DNA from: an uncultured archaeon | GTDB lineage: Archaea; Thermoplasmatota; Penumbrarchaeia; JASLWR01 | Reading direction: 5' to 3' | DNA: 53,786 nt | NCBI GenBank assembly: GCA_964342815.1 | Contig: CAYFHS010000018.1 | Span: 11,631 to 65,416, forward strand | In this document: one piece after another, positions 38,201-47,353 of the stretch | Layout of the letters: each line of letters opens with the position of its first letter | Position numbering within the stretch: the stretch's first letter is position 1 | The notes under the pieces: generated by a model | Databases searched by the model: none | What the model saw: the letters and a program-made list of their open reading frames with translations, nothing else | What the model was told of the DNA's origin: nothing | Program-made: the position numbers and the translations under genes

Positions 38201-38513
38201 TTACCGCGGTTCCGGAAACCTTGAAGCGAACACTTCATTCAGAGTAATCGACTTTTCCGAACCGAACGTTCCGGTATTGCAATTATCAGCCTCTCTCCAG
38301 GGGGCCCTGAATATCGAGATGGTGGATCAGGGACATATCGTGTTTCACGATTCCTCCCTCTCCTCCATGATGGTATATTCAACACATGGCTTTCCGGAGA
38401 TGGAATTCGAGTCCATGCTGCTCCTTCAAGGGTATGCCTCCACACTAAGAATAAGCAATGATGTTCTTTATGTTCCTCAGGGGTACTATGGGGCGATCAG
38501 CACGCAGCTTTGA
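35277..38513 (+). CDS. Secreted beta-propeller domain protein (Beta_propel/COG4880-like)
   Basis: VEEADLVK, G.L.DKY.MDEY...FR.VT, ATRF.G.RAY, IDPL.V.DLSDPSNP; N-terminal TM/signal; ATG 35277 after GGAAGGTGA. Confidence 0.85.
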   Translation: MSKIFPIIAVVVLLGAAVIAGIYQLDGPGTDTANNKKSAGGINLEKWKEYSKNIETPEIVTTDPGIARATPGGELEKIARLEGLNNFTDGSEGSSGDNQSGAPREEAGYSEDADSDSMKAGASDEEVREVEEADLVKVIDDTLYVLNSYRGLLAVDISNPEDAHIVGQCSVIGYPVEMYVVDFLAVITVRTDYNFWHRYWGQEEISGDESGNVGTMIYIVNVGDPSHPAILKIVELEGFPVESRRVGHVIYQATNTYGWYWYNNEGKEETIVTSIDFGDPDTLGMKDQARFEGSSSQVHASPTAFYIAEPVWIYEEDVREEQFEKVNDSGEGVDEKKIEKNEEKSLWDYPFDDWYRYYTDISYLDIEDPDGDIVVRDSFRVPGQLHDKYQMDEYENTFRMVTHFRKGIGESRLYIVDISNPNNINALGTLLVDDAGSLMATRFAGKRAYTIHLPRAIDPLDVLDLSDPSNPKLCDVFEMPGWVTHMEVRGMKIIALGVDDSEGQRNIAVSLFDVSDPYNVVMEERVRLGGDYAYSAANWEPKALTVDEIHNVVIVPYTSWSKDYRNDNSGVQIVGFDLAEGDLWLGGNVSGPYSIERTRVVGDWILATSFKSLQVMDISDLKNPSLVKMIDLCVNVKDLVPVGEYVIQMVQDWYDGSVVLRSVVEPNDITAIDTLTLESNWARLFSINDELILAANVYEDEKMRGKLFRVSLNAGGDITATDLQGLPDGVTFNDRTNYYPWYGYYEDDIMIDRSRFSRSVYFPNSGEDRFALTGDSLIYYHIGEHPYSKWEYNKEYDQYIPTSEEKGSDELFVFNLSDLSRVPAPGSVKLETYSFVGFSVWDSTVYVQHRMTGVNVLNRSQYNKWNGDWYDYYYYEWYYKNHVVGIDCVDTAAPRLMEEYNIPGRMIGAGEDVIYTVSEWSDDRSNITLNTLTLYDDAAEITSAVNLGNGWVEVVMDGETAYVVDRPYNYYYYYGYRGSGNLEANTSFRVIDFSEPNVPVLQLSASLQGALNIEMVDQGHIVFHDSSLSSMMVYSTHGFPEMEFESMLLLQGYASTLRISNDVLYVPQGYYGAISTQL

Positions 38514-38525
38514 AACGAATGTGGT

Positions 38526-39677
38526 TCAATTAAAGCGGTCCGCCAGTTCGCGGACCTTCTTTTTTATATTTTCATCAGGCCCGCTGTTGTATACCTCCGC
38601 CAACAATCCGCCGATCTCATCCATCTCGGAGATACCCATTCCTCGATGTGTAAGTTCCGCAGCACCAATTCTACCGCCTATATCGATGAAGATACCGGAA
38701 TTTTCAAGATTATGACAGAACTCCGCCGCAGTTTTCTCCGTGAGATTCAGAAGTATCTGATGTGATTCGGTAAATCCCTTTTCCCTGAAACGAACCGGTA
38801 AACCCATTTCATACAATACGGATGCCAACGCCTTTGCATTTTTAATTACACGGCGGCCGTAATCCTGATCCGATACCATCTCTTCCATAGAAAGGCCGAG
38901 GGCCGCTATACGGTTCATATGTACGTTATCCACCAGACCGATACCATTGTCAGTATCAATATCATGAAGGGCTCTTAGACGCTTCGAAAGGTCTTGGGAA
39001 TCCGTGAGCATTATACCCCCCTGGGGCCCGTAGAATGTCTTGTGAGTGCTGCCGAACAGCACCTCGACTCCTTCGCGGATCGGGTCCTGGAATTCACCTG
39101 ATGCTATCAATCCTAAAACGTGCGAACCGTCATAAACGCAATGAACCGATTGGTCCAGTTCCCCAATGCTCCGGCAAATTTCCCGGACGGGTTGGGGGAA
39201 CAAGAGAAAGGATGATCCCAGTATCACCAGTTTTACATTTTTTTTAATTATCGATTCGAGGGTACCGTTTACATCGATCTCGAAGCTTGCAGGATCGGCT
39301 GGGATTTCAACCCTTTTTCTGTGGAATCTTTCCAGGCCGAACGGGTAACCCCCGACACTGAATGGAAGCATTGCAACCGTATCTCCCGGAGAAGTATAGG
39401 AAAATAGAGCGGTCAGATCACATATGTTCCCGGAAAGCGGTGTCACAATAGCATGATTCACCTTGAATAAAGCTCTCGCCAGCTCTTCAGTGGCGGCGAT
39501 TATTTCACGCGAATAGCAGGTTCCACCATACCATTCGCTGTGATATCTGCCGGCCAGGTCACTTGCCAATGCTTCTCGTACCAAGGGGGACAGATAATTT
39601 TCGGAAGCGATCAGGTTTAGTCCCCTGCTGCGGTATTTCTCGTGTTCTCGTAATAGATGTGAAATCTTTGAACTCAT
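38526..39677 (-). CDS. glyA: Short, divergent archaeal-type serine hydroxymethyltransferase-like protein
   Basis: LNLIASEN, YDGSHVLGLIA, STHKTFYGPQGG, GFTESHQ, GG.IG.AELT.RGM; YAEG motif absent. Confidence 0.75.
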   Translation of the reverse strand: MSSKISHLLREHEKYRSRGLNLIASENYLSPLVREALASDLAGRYHSEWYGGTCYSREIIAATEELARALFKVNHAIVTPLSGNICDLTALFSYTSPGDTVAMLPFSVGGYPFGLERFHRKRVEIPADPASFEIDVNGTLESIIKKNVKLVILGSSFLLFPQPVREICRSIGELDQSVHCVYDGSHVLGLIASGEFQDPIREGVEVLFGSTHKTFYGPQGGIMLTDSQDLSKRLRALHDIDTDNGIGLVDNVHMNRIAALGLSMEEMVSDQDYGRRVIKNAKALASVLYEMGLPVRFREKGFTESHQILLNLTEKTAAEFCHNLENSGIFIDIGGRIGAAELTHRGMGISEMDEIGGLLAEVYNSGPDENIKKKVRELADRFN

Positions 39678-39695
39678 TTGCTCACCTACAAAAAA

Positions 39696-40382
39696 TTACT
39701 TGAATATCTCTTTTTTTTCCTTGTACCACAATACCAGATCCAGGTGTTCGAGGGGTATTTTTATGTCTCTTGCGAATCCGGCCATTTTTCTCTCCATTGC
39801 GAAATACCTTTCCCTTGAAATTGTTTTCGGTATGGCGTCGATCACTTCCAGCAAAACAAGGTTCTTAAGAATATGCCGATCAAGAATGGCAAGCTCCTTT
39901 CCCATGCCGATATTTCTCAGAAAATGACTGGCTTCTTTGTACCCGATCCCCTTTATATTTTTAACCAGCCATTCGCGTTTATCTTTCTCCCCCTGTTCAT
40001 CTCCTAACCGAGCTTTTATGGAGAGATTTCCATTGATAGAAAAGAACTCTCGGGCTCCAACGATATACCTCGATTTGTTGTTTTTAAAACGAACTCTGTT
40101 GATCTCGCCGGCAATTACTTCGGGGCCGGCATTCAATAGGATTTTTTTTTCCTTCAATCTGCATATGGTCTCCCAGCATATTTTTGCACTGGATTGAGGG
40201 GTCAGTATACAGAAGATCAGTTCATGGAAAACTTCCTCTTCGCTGCCATTTAACCAAACGTTCTTGAATTCTTGCAGCCTGGATTCAATATCATACTTTA
40301 TGGATCCATATATTTCTATAACCTTTTTTTTATGCGACTCGGTCCGTTCCCGCAAATTGTCATAGTTTTGCATATCCATCAC
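39696..40382 (-). CDS. ogg: 8-oxoguanine DNA glycosylase / AP lyase (archaeal Ogg)
   Basis: EL.FCILTPQSSA, RF.N.K..YI, LVKNIKGIGYKEASHFLRNIG, AILDRHIL. Confidence 0.92.
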   Translation of the reverse strand: MMDMQNYDNLRERTESHKKKVIEIYGSIKYDIESRLQEFKNVWLNGSEEEVFHELIFCILTPQSSAKICWETICRLKEKKILLNAGPEVIAGEINRVRFKNNKSRYIVGAREFFSINGNLSIKARLGDEQGEKDKREWLVKNIKGIGYKEASHFLRNIGMGKELAILDRHILKNLVLLEVIDAIPKTISRERYFAMERKMAGFARDIKIPLEHLDLVLWYKEKKEIFK

Positions 40383-40629
40383 TAAAAAAAAATCAAATAC
40401 CTAAATTCTCCAAGGGCGGAAGAACAGTTGACCAATATAAAAGAGTTTTTAGAGATGTTAAGCTAAACAGCTGTTGTCAATGGAAGTCTATACAGCATGG
40501 AAAGTGATTGGAAAAAAGTGGAAATTCTCATAAACTATATATTAGAAAATAACAATGCCCTGATACCCTAACCTGATGACAGGGTAAAAGTTTTTACAAG
40601 GTTCCCTTGAATCCGTATCACACAAAAAG

Positions 40630-42000
40630 GTGGTCCTATTGGTAAGCCGGCAAAAGAAGAAAAAAAAAGTGACTAGAGGCAGTCAGAAAACGAAAAAATC
40701 ATCTGAAAAACGAATTGCATTCAAACTGGATGATGACCTCAAGGAGGTTGATGACGTCGAGAAAGATGATGGGGATATTGAATTCGAGGATGAATTCCTC
40801 GAATCGGAAGATGAGGAGAACGAAGCTAATAATAAAAAAGCAAAAGGAAAGGTGACCTTTAAACTGGATGATGAAGAAACGGATGAGGAAGAAGAAGATG
40901 ATGAGATCCGAGCATCATCCAGGAAAAAGACAGAAATTAGAAAAAAACCGAAAAGGAAAAAAAAGAAGAAAACAAAGTTTTCCATCCCAAAAAAAGAAAC
41001 TGGAACTAAAGGAAAAAAGGATGAAGACGAAGAGGAACCGGAAGAGGAAGATGAAGAGAAGGATGAGAAAAAGAAGAAAACTGCCAAAAAAGTTAGCCCT
41101 GAAAAGACGGCCACGAAGTTGATTAAGAAACGCGAAGTTGTGGACAAGAAAAAAGTCCTGCTACTCGCAAAGAAGAACATGGAAATAGAAAAGGCATTGG
41201 ATAATTTTAAACGTGCATACCGATCACTGCGAGAGGAAGTTGACACACTTGCTTCTGAGCGGGATACCAAGGAAGCGCTCATCAACAAATATCAGAACAA
41301 ACTGGATCTGTACGCTCAGGATTTCGATAACTTCAAACTGCGATCGAAAAAAGAGAAAAAGGAGATCGAAGTAAGGGGGAACCAGAGGTTAATAAAGAAG
41401 ATGTTGGGCATTTATGACAATTTCGATCGGGCCATCGAGAACACGGACCCTGATGAAAAAGCCAAAGGACTGCTGGATGGGGTCGAAATGATGCGAAAGA
41501 ATTTTCTTGGGATTCTAGCAGAAGAGGACATAGAAGAGATCGAGAGTATCGGCAAGAAATTCGATCCTAGACTTCACGAAGCCGTAGCCATGGTGGATGA
41601 CGAGGATTATGATGAAGATATCGTTTGTAGGGAACTGCAGAGAGGTTTCAAGTTCAAGGATGAAGAGCTTGATGAGGAAGAGGACGCTGAAGATGAGGAA
41701 AACGAGGATGATAAGGAGAAAGGAGAGGATGGTAAAAAGGAAAAAAAGAAGATGGGTGAATTAATTCGGCCCGCAATGGTTCATGTCTCGAAAGGTGGTA
41801 AGGGAAAAAAGAAAAAGAGCAAAGGGGAGAAGAAAGCCAAAGACGAAAAGAAGGATGAGCGTGAGACTGTTCGGAGAAAAAAACCAAAATCATCCGGAAC
41901 CAAAAAGAAAGCATCGGCAAAAAGAAAGGATCGGTCGGGATCCGCGGGAATTTCAACCAAAAAGAAATCTAAGAAGAAAAAGAAGGTCAAGAAGAAATAA
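40630..42000 (+). CDS. grpE: GrpE nucleotide exchange factor with long charged low-complexity extensions
   Basis: DFDNFK.R, I.DNFDRA, GVEM, G.KFDP.LHEAV, LQRGF, LIRPAMV.V. Confidence 0.85.
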   Translation: MVLLVSRQKKKKKVTRGSQKTKKSSEKRIAFKLDDDLKEVDDVEKDDGDIEFEDEFLESEDEENEANNKKAKGKVTFKLDDEETDEEEEDDEIRASSRKKTEIRKKPKRKKKKKTKFSIPKKETGTKGKKDEDEEEPEEEDEEKDEKKKKTAKKVSPEKTATKLIKKREVVDKKKVLLLAKKNMEIEKALDNFKRAYRSLREEVDTLASERDTKEALINKYQNKLDLYAQDFDNFKLRSKKEKKEIEVRGNQRLIKKMLGIYDNFDRAIENTDPDEKAKGLLDGVEMMRKNFLGILAEEDIEEIESIGKKFDPRLHEAVAMVDDEDYDEDIVCRELQRGFKFKDEELDEEEDAEDEENEDDKEKGEDGKKEKKKMGELIRPAMVHVSKGGKGKKKKSKGEKKAKDEKKDERETVRRKKPKSSGTKKKASAKRKDRSGSAGISTKKKSKKKKKVKKK

Positions 42001-42089
42001 TCGCGCTTTTTGATTGAGAATAATCCCTTGTCAAATCGTTCGGATAAGAAAAGCCGGAAATTAATATTAGAATAGAATAGCGTTTTTTT

Positions 42090-45000
42090 ATGATACAGCG
42101 GGATTCATCCGATGATGGGTGTGAATACATGGGTACAGGTAAGCCAAAGACCTTTTATTTCGATTATGAACTGGGTGAAATTGATCGAGATACTGACAAT
42201 CTCATCAAGCTGGAAGAGGAACGTCAACAAAGAAAGATTATTTTGATCGCTTCGGAGAGTGTTTCCCCTAAACCGGTTCGGGAAGCTCTTGGAAGCGTAT
42301 TCACCAATATATATGCCGAGGGCTATCCGTCTACGAGGATGGGTATCGATAACATTGAAAACCTGCTGGATCACAAACACCAGTTATCGTATTTGAGAAG
42401 GTATTCGGACAATAAATATTACAAGGGAACCGAATACGTCGATTTTATTGAATCCCTGGCTCAGAAACGGGCTGCCCGTTTGTTCGCAACAGAGAAAATA
42501 GCGGCAGAAAAAATTTATGTTAATGTGCAACCGCTTTCCGGAGCCCCGGGTAACAATGCGGTTTTCACAGCTTTTCTCAAACCGGGGGATACCGTGTTAT
42601 CCATGGCTCTTACCTGCGGCGGACATCTTAGTCACGGTAGTGAGATCAATCGCTCAGGAATTAATTTCAATATTATTTCCTACGGTGTCGAGACAGGAGA
42701 AAATAAGCTGAATTACGATAGAATAAGACGCTTGGCTGTGGAATCAAAACCGAAATTGATCATAGCCGGCTACAGTGCTTACCCGTGGGATATTGACTGG
42801 AAAGAACTGCGGAAGATCGCCGACGAGTCAAGCCCGGGATGTCTTCTACTCGCCGATATCTCCCATATTGCGGCATTGATCGTGGCAGGTATACTCAACA
42901 ACCCCATAGAGTATGCTGATGTGATCATGAGCACGACCCACAAGGCTCTTGCAGGTCCAAGGGGAGCGATCCTTTTAACCACGGACCCTCAAAAAGCGGA
43001 ACTCATAAACAGAGCAGTATTCCCAGGGGAGCAGGGCGGCCCTCATGTGAACAATATCGCCGCTCAGGCTGTCTGTTTCAACATAGCGGGCAGTGAAGAG
43101 TTCAGGGAATATGCAAAAAATGTGGCCGCCAACGCAAAATATTTTTCAGAGGTGTGCCGTGAGCTGGGTCTTGAACTGGCTTACGGGGGTACCGAGTCGC
43201 ATCTATTCCTCATCGACCTAAAATGTCTTGGCAGGAAGAACGGTTATTACGTCACAGGGGAACTGGCAACAAGGATACTGGATCAATGCGGTATAACCGT
43301 CAACAAGAATACGATCTCCGGGGACGAAAACGCCACTCATCCAACTGGAATACGCATCGGTACACCATGGATCACCCAGAGAGGATTCACCCGGGAAAAC
43401 ATACGTGTTCTCGCAAATATCATATATAAAATACTATCCAATATTGTTCCATTTCATTATGTGGGACAGCTGGATGACGTTGGAAGAGGAAAGATCTCAC
43501 TTAAGGTCCTCTTGGAAGCCAAGAACGATGTGGCAGCATTGATTCGCGAAGTTGATACTAAACCAACGGAATATTCTAGTGGATATCCTCATTATTTGGT
43601 CCCGGAAATGCAAAATGGAACAACTCCTCTCCACGATATACATCTGAAAGCCGGTGCGGTAATGTCCCACCATCATGGATGGTCGCTCCCTTCGTATCCA
43701 CGAAACGAGAATTCGAGTACTTTTATCAGTGACGGCGGATGCAACAAGATAATTCGCCTAAGAGGCGACGGAGAACGCCTACGTCCGTTCTTGCAGCAGA
43801 TCACCACCGGGAACATGTTGCTGGAACTTGGTGAGAGTAAACGCACTTTTCTACTGGACGAAAAGGCAATAGTTTTGGACGACATTCTCGTTCATCGCGT
43901 GAAAGATGAGCGAGATGGGTTTGATACCTACCTTATCGAGACCTCTGCCGTGAACGGAGAAACCGTTATAGAATGGTTACGAGGGCTTGCCGACGGCTAT
44001 ATCATATTCGATGAGGATGACGTATATGCCAAGGTCGAAGGCCCGGTTGTGGTAGAGGATCTGCAGACCGATCCAGATCGAGCGGTACGGAGAACCTGTC
44101 TACTGGTAACGACCGATAAAAGCGGCCCCCTGTCCGAGACTATCCCCGGGACCGATGATCTTAAAGTGGGCCGCAATATAATCGTAGAAGTAGACGGGTT
44201 TGAACTAAGTGTATGCCGCGAGACTGCAGGGAAAGCTGACGTACTTCATCTTTACACCCATCCCGATAATGCCCCATCACTCTGGAAATACCTCCTGGAA
44301 AAGGTACCGGGAATTTGTTCCGCCGGCTTTGATATGATCGAGGATTACAGAAAAAAGTCCGGTTTACCGGATTATGGAACTGAAGTTACTGCTCTAGATC
44401 TCTACGAGACTGACCCGGGAAATTTCGATCTCACTAAGCCCTATTTCATCGGTGGAAAACAATTGTTAAGGAATATTCCCAACACTAATGAAAAGAAGAA
44501 ATGGGAGTGGACCCCCGGCGGGAGCGGTCTCAAACGAACGCCTCTCTATGAAGAACACGTTAGACTGGGTGGAAGGATAGTACCTTTCGTGGGGTGGGAA
44601 ATGCCTGTTCAATACCAGGGCATAAGCGAGGAACATATTGCAGTACGAACAACAGCTGGCCTGTTCGACGTGGCTCACATGGGTGTCCTGGAATTTTCAG
44701 GAACTTACGCAGCAGACTTCCTGGATATGATGACGTCCAACTACGTCAGATGGATAGTCCCAGGAGAGACCCAGTATGCATATATCCTGGGACCTGGAGG
44801 CGAGGTCCTTGATGATATTTTTATTTACCGCCTTTCCAAAGAAAGATTCATGATGGTAGTGAATGCAGCCAATGCTGACAAGATCCTAAACTGGGTTAAC
44901 GCTCTAAATTCAAATCAGTACAATTTTGATGCCAAGAATCCTGCATTGGAAATGCCTCCCGGGGTTCTTATAAGAGACCTTAAGGACCCTTCATCCGGAA

Positions 45001-45788
45001 AGGACATGAAAATAGACCTGGCCTTTCAGGGTCCCGAAGCGCTTAACGTTCTTCTTGTGTCCATCAATAAGGAATATTTAAGGCAGCTTAAATGTCTTGA
45101 AAAAGCGAAGTTTATGAAGGCCCGTCTGAAGGGAATCGAAGTGATCATAGCCCGCACCGGATACACGGGAGAACCCATCGGATTCGAGATATTCGTTCAT
45201 CCGGACAATGCAGTTTCTGTGTGGAGGGATCTCCTCGAACACGGTGAAAAATATGGTGTCAAACCGGCAGGTCTGGGGGCCCGGGATTCCACCAGGACAG
45301 AAGCGGGTTTCCCGCTGTACGGCCACGAGATAGAGGGGCCTCTGGGCGTTTTCCCTATGGAGAACGGGTATGCTCAGTTCCTTAAATTACACAAACCCTA
45401 CTTCATAGGACGCCATAAAGCTCTCAAAATGGCTGAAGGCGTGAAAATGGATATTGCAAGGTTCAGGATGAACAAGCCAAACGTAAAGATGCTCCATACT
45501 GGTGACCCGGTATCGAACAGGAGGGGACAGTGCATCGGTCACGTGTCCAGTTCCGTCCTTGTGGGTGATCATCAGATCGGGTTGGCATACATCCGGAAGA
45601 GGGATTCGAGAATCGGTGCCAAGATCAATATATTCCCGCTACCCCACGGAAGAAAGGCACCTAAAGAATTGCCCCGGGACCAGTGGAAAGTGGGAAATAA
45701 AACCATAATTCCAGAGGAAGCTGCAATAATATCGAGATTTCCTGAGCAGGATGAAATGCTCGAAAGGGCAAGCAAGTACAATAAATAA
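42090..45788 (+). CDS. glyA-gcvT: Serine hydroxymethyltransferase fused to glycine-cleavage T protein (partial plus full GcvT); start possibly ATG 42129
   Basis: LIASES, YAEGYP, VNVQP.SG, STTHKALAGPRG; then LKRTPLY..H...GG..VPF.GWEMPVQY, GLFDV.HMG, ARTGYTGE.GFE, GLGARDSTR.EAG.PLYG.E. Confidence 0.93.
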   Translation: MIQRDSSDDGCEYMGTGKPKTFYFDYELGEIDRDTDNLIKLEEERQQRKIILIASESVSPKPVREALGSVFTNIYAEGYPSTRMGIDNIENLLDHKHQLSYLRRYSDNKYYKGTEYVDFIESLAQKRAARLFATEKIAAEKIYVNVQPLSGAPGNNAVFTAFLKPGDTVLSMALTCGGHLSHGSEINRSGINFNIISYGVETGENKLNYDRIRRLAVESKPKLIIAGYSAYPWDIDWKELRKIADESSPGCLLLADISHIAALIVAGILNNPIEYADVIMSTTHKALAGPRGAILLTTDPQKAELINRAVFPGEQGGPHVNNIAAQAVCFNIAGSEEFREYAKNVAANAKYFSEVCRELGLELAYGGTESHLFLIDLKCLGRKNGYYVTGELATRILDQCGITVNKNTISGDENATHPTGIRIGTPWITQRGFTRENIRVLANIIYKILSNIVPFHYVGQLDDVGRGKISLKVLLEAKNDVAALIREVDTKPTEYSSGYPHYLVPEMQNGTTPLHDIHLKAGAVMSHHHGWSLPSYPRNENSSTFISDGGCNKIIRLRGDGERLRPFLQQITTGNMLLELGESKRTFLLDEKAIVLDDILVHRVKDERDGFDTYLIETSAVNGETVIEWLRGLADGYIIFDEDDVYAKVEGPVVVEDLQTDPDRAVRRTCLLVTTDKSGPLSETIPGTDDLKVGRNIIVEVDGFELSVCRETAGKADVLHLYTHPDNAPSLWKYLLEKVPGICSAGFDMIEDYRKKSGLPDYGTEVTALDLYETDPGNFDLTKPYFIGGKQLLRNIPNTNEKKKWEWTPGGSGLKRTPLYEEHVRLGGRIVPFVGWEMPVQYQGISEEHIAVRTTAGLFDVAHMGVLEFSGTYAADFLDMMTSNYVRWIVPGETQYAYILGPGGEVLDDIFIYRLSKERFMMVVNAANADKILNWVNALNSNQYNFDAKNPALEMPPGVLIRDLKDPSSGKDMKIDLAFQGPEALNVLLVSINKEYLRQLKCLEKAKFMKARLKGIEVIIARTGYTGEPIGFEIFVHPDNAVSVWRDLLEHGEKYGVKPAGLGARDSTRTEAGFPLYGHEIEGPLGVFPMENGYAQFLKLHKPYFIGRHKALKMAEGVKMDIARFRMNKPNVKMLHTGDPVSNRRGQCIGHVSSSVLVGDHQIGLAYIRKRDSRIGAKINIFPLPHGRKAPKELPRDQWKVGNKTIIPEEAAIISRFPEQDEMLERASKYNK

Positions 45789-45803
45789 TCAAAAGGTGAG
45801 ATA

Positions 45804-46205
45804 ATGTCAGAAGAATTCGAGATAGACGAGGATTTAAGATACACGAAGAACCACGAATGGATAAGAGTGGAAGGGGATTCAGGTTTTGTCGGGGTGAGTG
45901 ATTTTGCCCAGAAACAATTGGGTGATATCACCTACATCGAGTTTGAGGTCGAGAAGGACGATGAAGTTGAAGCCGGGGAAATCTTCACCACCGTGGAGGC
46001 GGTAAAAGCGTCCGAACCGTGTTACCTGCCTGTCTCCGGAAGGATAATCGAGTTGAATTACGAACTTGAAGACGAACCGGAGTTGGTGAACAAAGATCCC
46101 TACAGGAAAGGGTGGATGGTTAAGATCGAACTCCTTGAATCTTCCGAACTGGAGGAACTGCTAAGCCCCGAGGAGTACAGAGAACTGCTTAAGGAATTGG
46201 AATAA
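45804..46205 (+). CDS. gcvH: Glycine cleavage system H protein
   Basis: YTKNHEWI, G.SDFAQKQLGDI.Y, EAVKAS lipoyl lysine, LVNKDPY..GW. Confidence 0.97.
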   Translation: MSEEFEIDEDLRYTKNHEWIRVEGDSGFVGVSDFAQKQLGDITYIEFEVEKDDEVEAGEIFTTVEAVKASEPCYLPVSGRIIELNYELEDEPELVNKDPYRKGWMVKIELLESSELEELLSPEEYRELLKELE

Positions 46206-46227
46206 TAAAAATAGTTCGTGATTCTAG

Positions 46228-47049
46228 ATGGACATTCAATATTATAATAAAGTATATCGGGAATTGAACAAACCCGAAGACATACCCCGATTATCGAAGA
46301 AGTACACCCTACCGGAGGATATGCTTCTGGTGATCTACACCCAGAGGGCTGTCAGGGATGTGATTCGAAGATTCTACAAGATCAAATCCCGTTCAACCCA
46401 ACATTACCGGCACTGGAAGAGGGGGACCACACTTCTGGAGATCGCCAGATCCGATTATTTTTCACCGGTCCTCACTGCTAAACTGGTTCTGGTTCATCAC
46501 GGTGTGGGGCGAAAAACCTTCAACAATTACCTGAGAGATCCTTCTCTCATCGATAATCCCCGCCTGAAAAGAGAGATCGAAGAGGTGGTGGCCAACGATA
46601 TCATCTACTCACCGGAGGGGAACCGTATCCAACGGGAACGGGGGATAATGGCTGAGCGTGAGATCGCCGAGTGGTTAACGGAGATGGGAGCAGAATATCT
46701 TCGAGAGAACGACTTGAGAGAAATGGGTATGGAAAAGACACCTGATTTCAAATTGAAGAAACCTCTTGTTTACGGCGGGATCGAGCTGCAGTGGGTGGAA
46801 TCCAAGGCCAGTTTCGGTGATAAAGGCAAGTTGAAAGAAGATTTCAGAAATCAGTTGAGACCTTACCTGAAAATGTACGGGCCGGGGATGGTGATCTACT
46901 GGTATGGTTTTATAACTCCCCATGCTGAAGAAAAAGATATCATTGTCGGCAACCGCAGCATTCTTATCGATTACGCAAACATCTGGGTTAAAAAGGACGA
47001 GGACTCATCACTGGGTCCACCGCATGCTCTCCATGGGAAAGGCCAGTGA
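46228..47049 (+). CDS. CDIN1/C15orf41 (TPD-domain) PD-(D/E)xK nuclease homolog
   Basis: E..LR.....KTPDF, WVESKASFGD, QL..Y...YGPG.VIYWYG. Confidence 0.8.
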   Translation: MDIQYYNKVYRELNKPEDIPRLSKKYTLPEDMLLVIYTQRAVRDVIRRFYKIKSRSTQHYRHWKRGTTLLEIARSDYFSPVLTAKLVLVHHGVGRKTFNNYLRDPSLIDNPRLKREIEEVVANDIIYSPEGNRIQRERGIMAEREIAEWLTEMGAEYLRENDLREMGMEKTPDFKLKKPLVYGGIELQWVESKASFGDKGKLKEDFRNQLRPYLKMYGPGMVIYWYGFITPHAEEKDIIVGNRSILIDYANIWVKKDEDSSLGPPHALHGKGQ

Positions 47050-47262
47050 TGTTTTTATATTGGCAACCTCTGTGAACTGGACCACGAAATCAGAAGCACT
47101 CTTCTCACAATCGGTCTCGAAAATGATCATAGCATCGGGTTGACCGAACATACCTAGAGATCGGATTATCTTGACCCCTTCAGGTGTGACGGGATTCTTC
47201 AGCAACTTGATGGCTTTTGTGTTCTTGCCCGGCAGGGTCTCGAAAAAAGTGACGAATAACAT
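47008..47262 (-). CDS. Small ferredoxin-fold protein (DUF3303/GYD-like)
   Basis: Start set at ATG 47262; PEGVKII...G.FG..D...IFE.D pattern. Confidence 0.6.
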   Translation of the reverse strand: MLFVTFFETLPGKNTKAIKLLKNPVTPEGVKIIRSLGMFGQPDAMIIFETDCEKSASDFVVQFTEVANIKTSLAFPMESMRWTQ

Positions 47263-47353
47263 ATGATTACCTCTTCTGTTTATTGGTGCATACATAGATA
47301 TATTTTTTCAATTGATTTTCGGTTTTCAGTTAAATTAACGAAGAAATAGCTTT

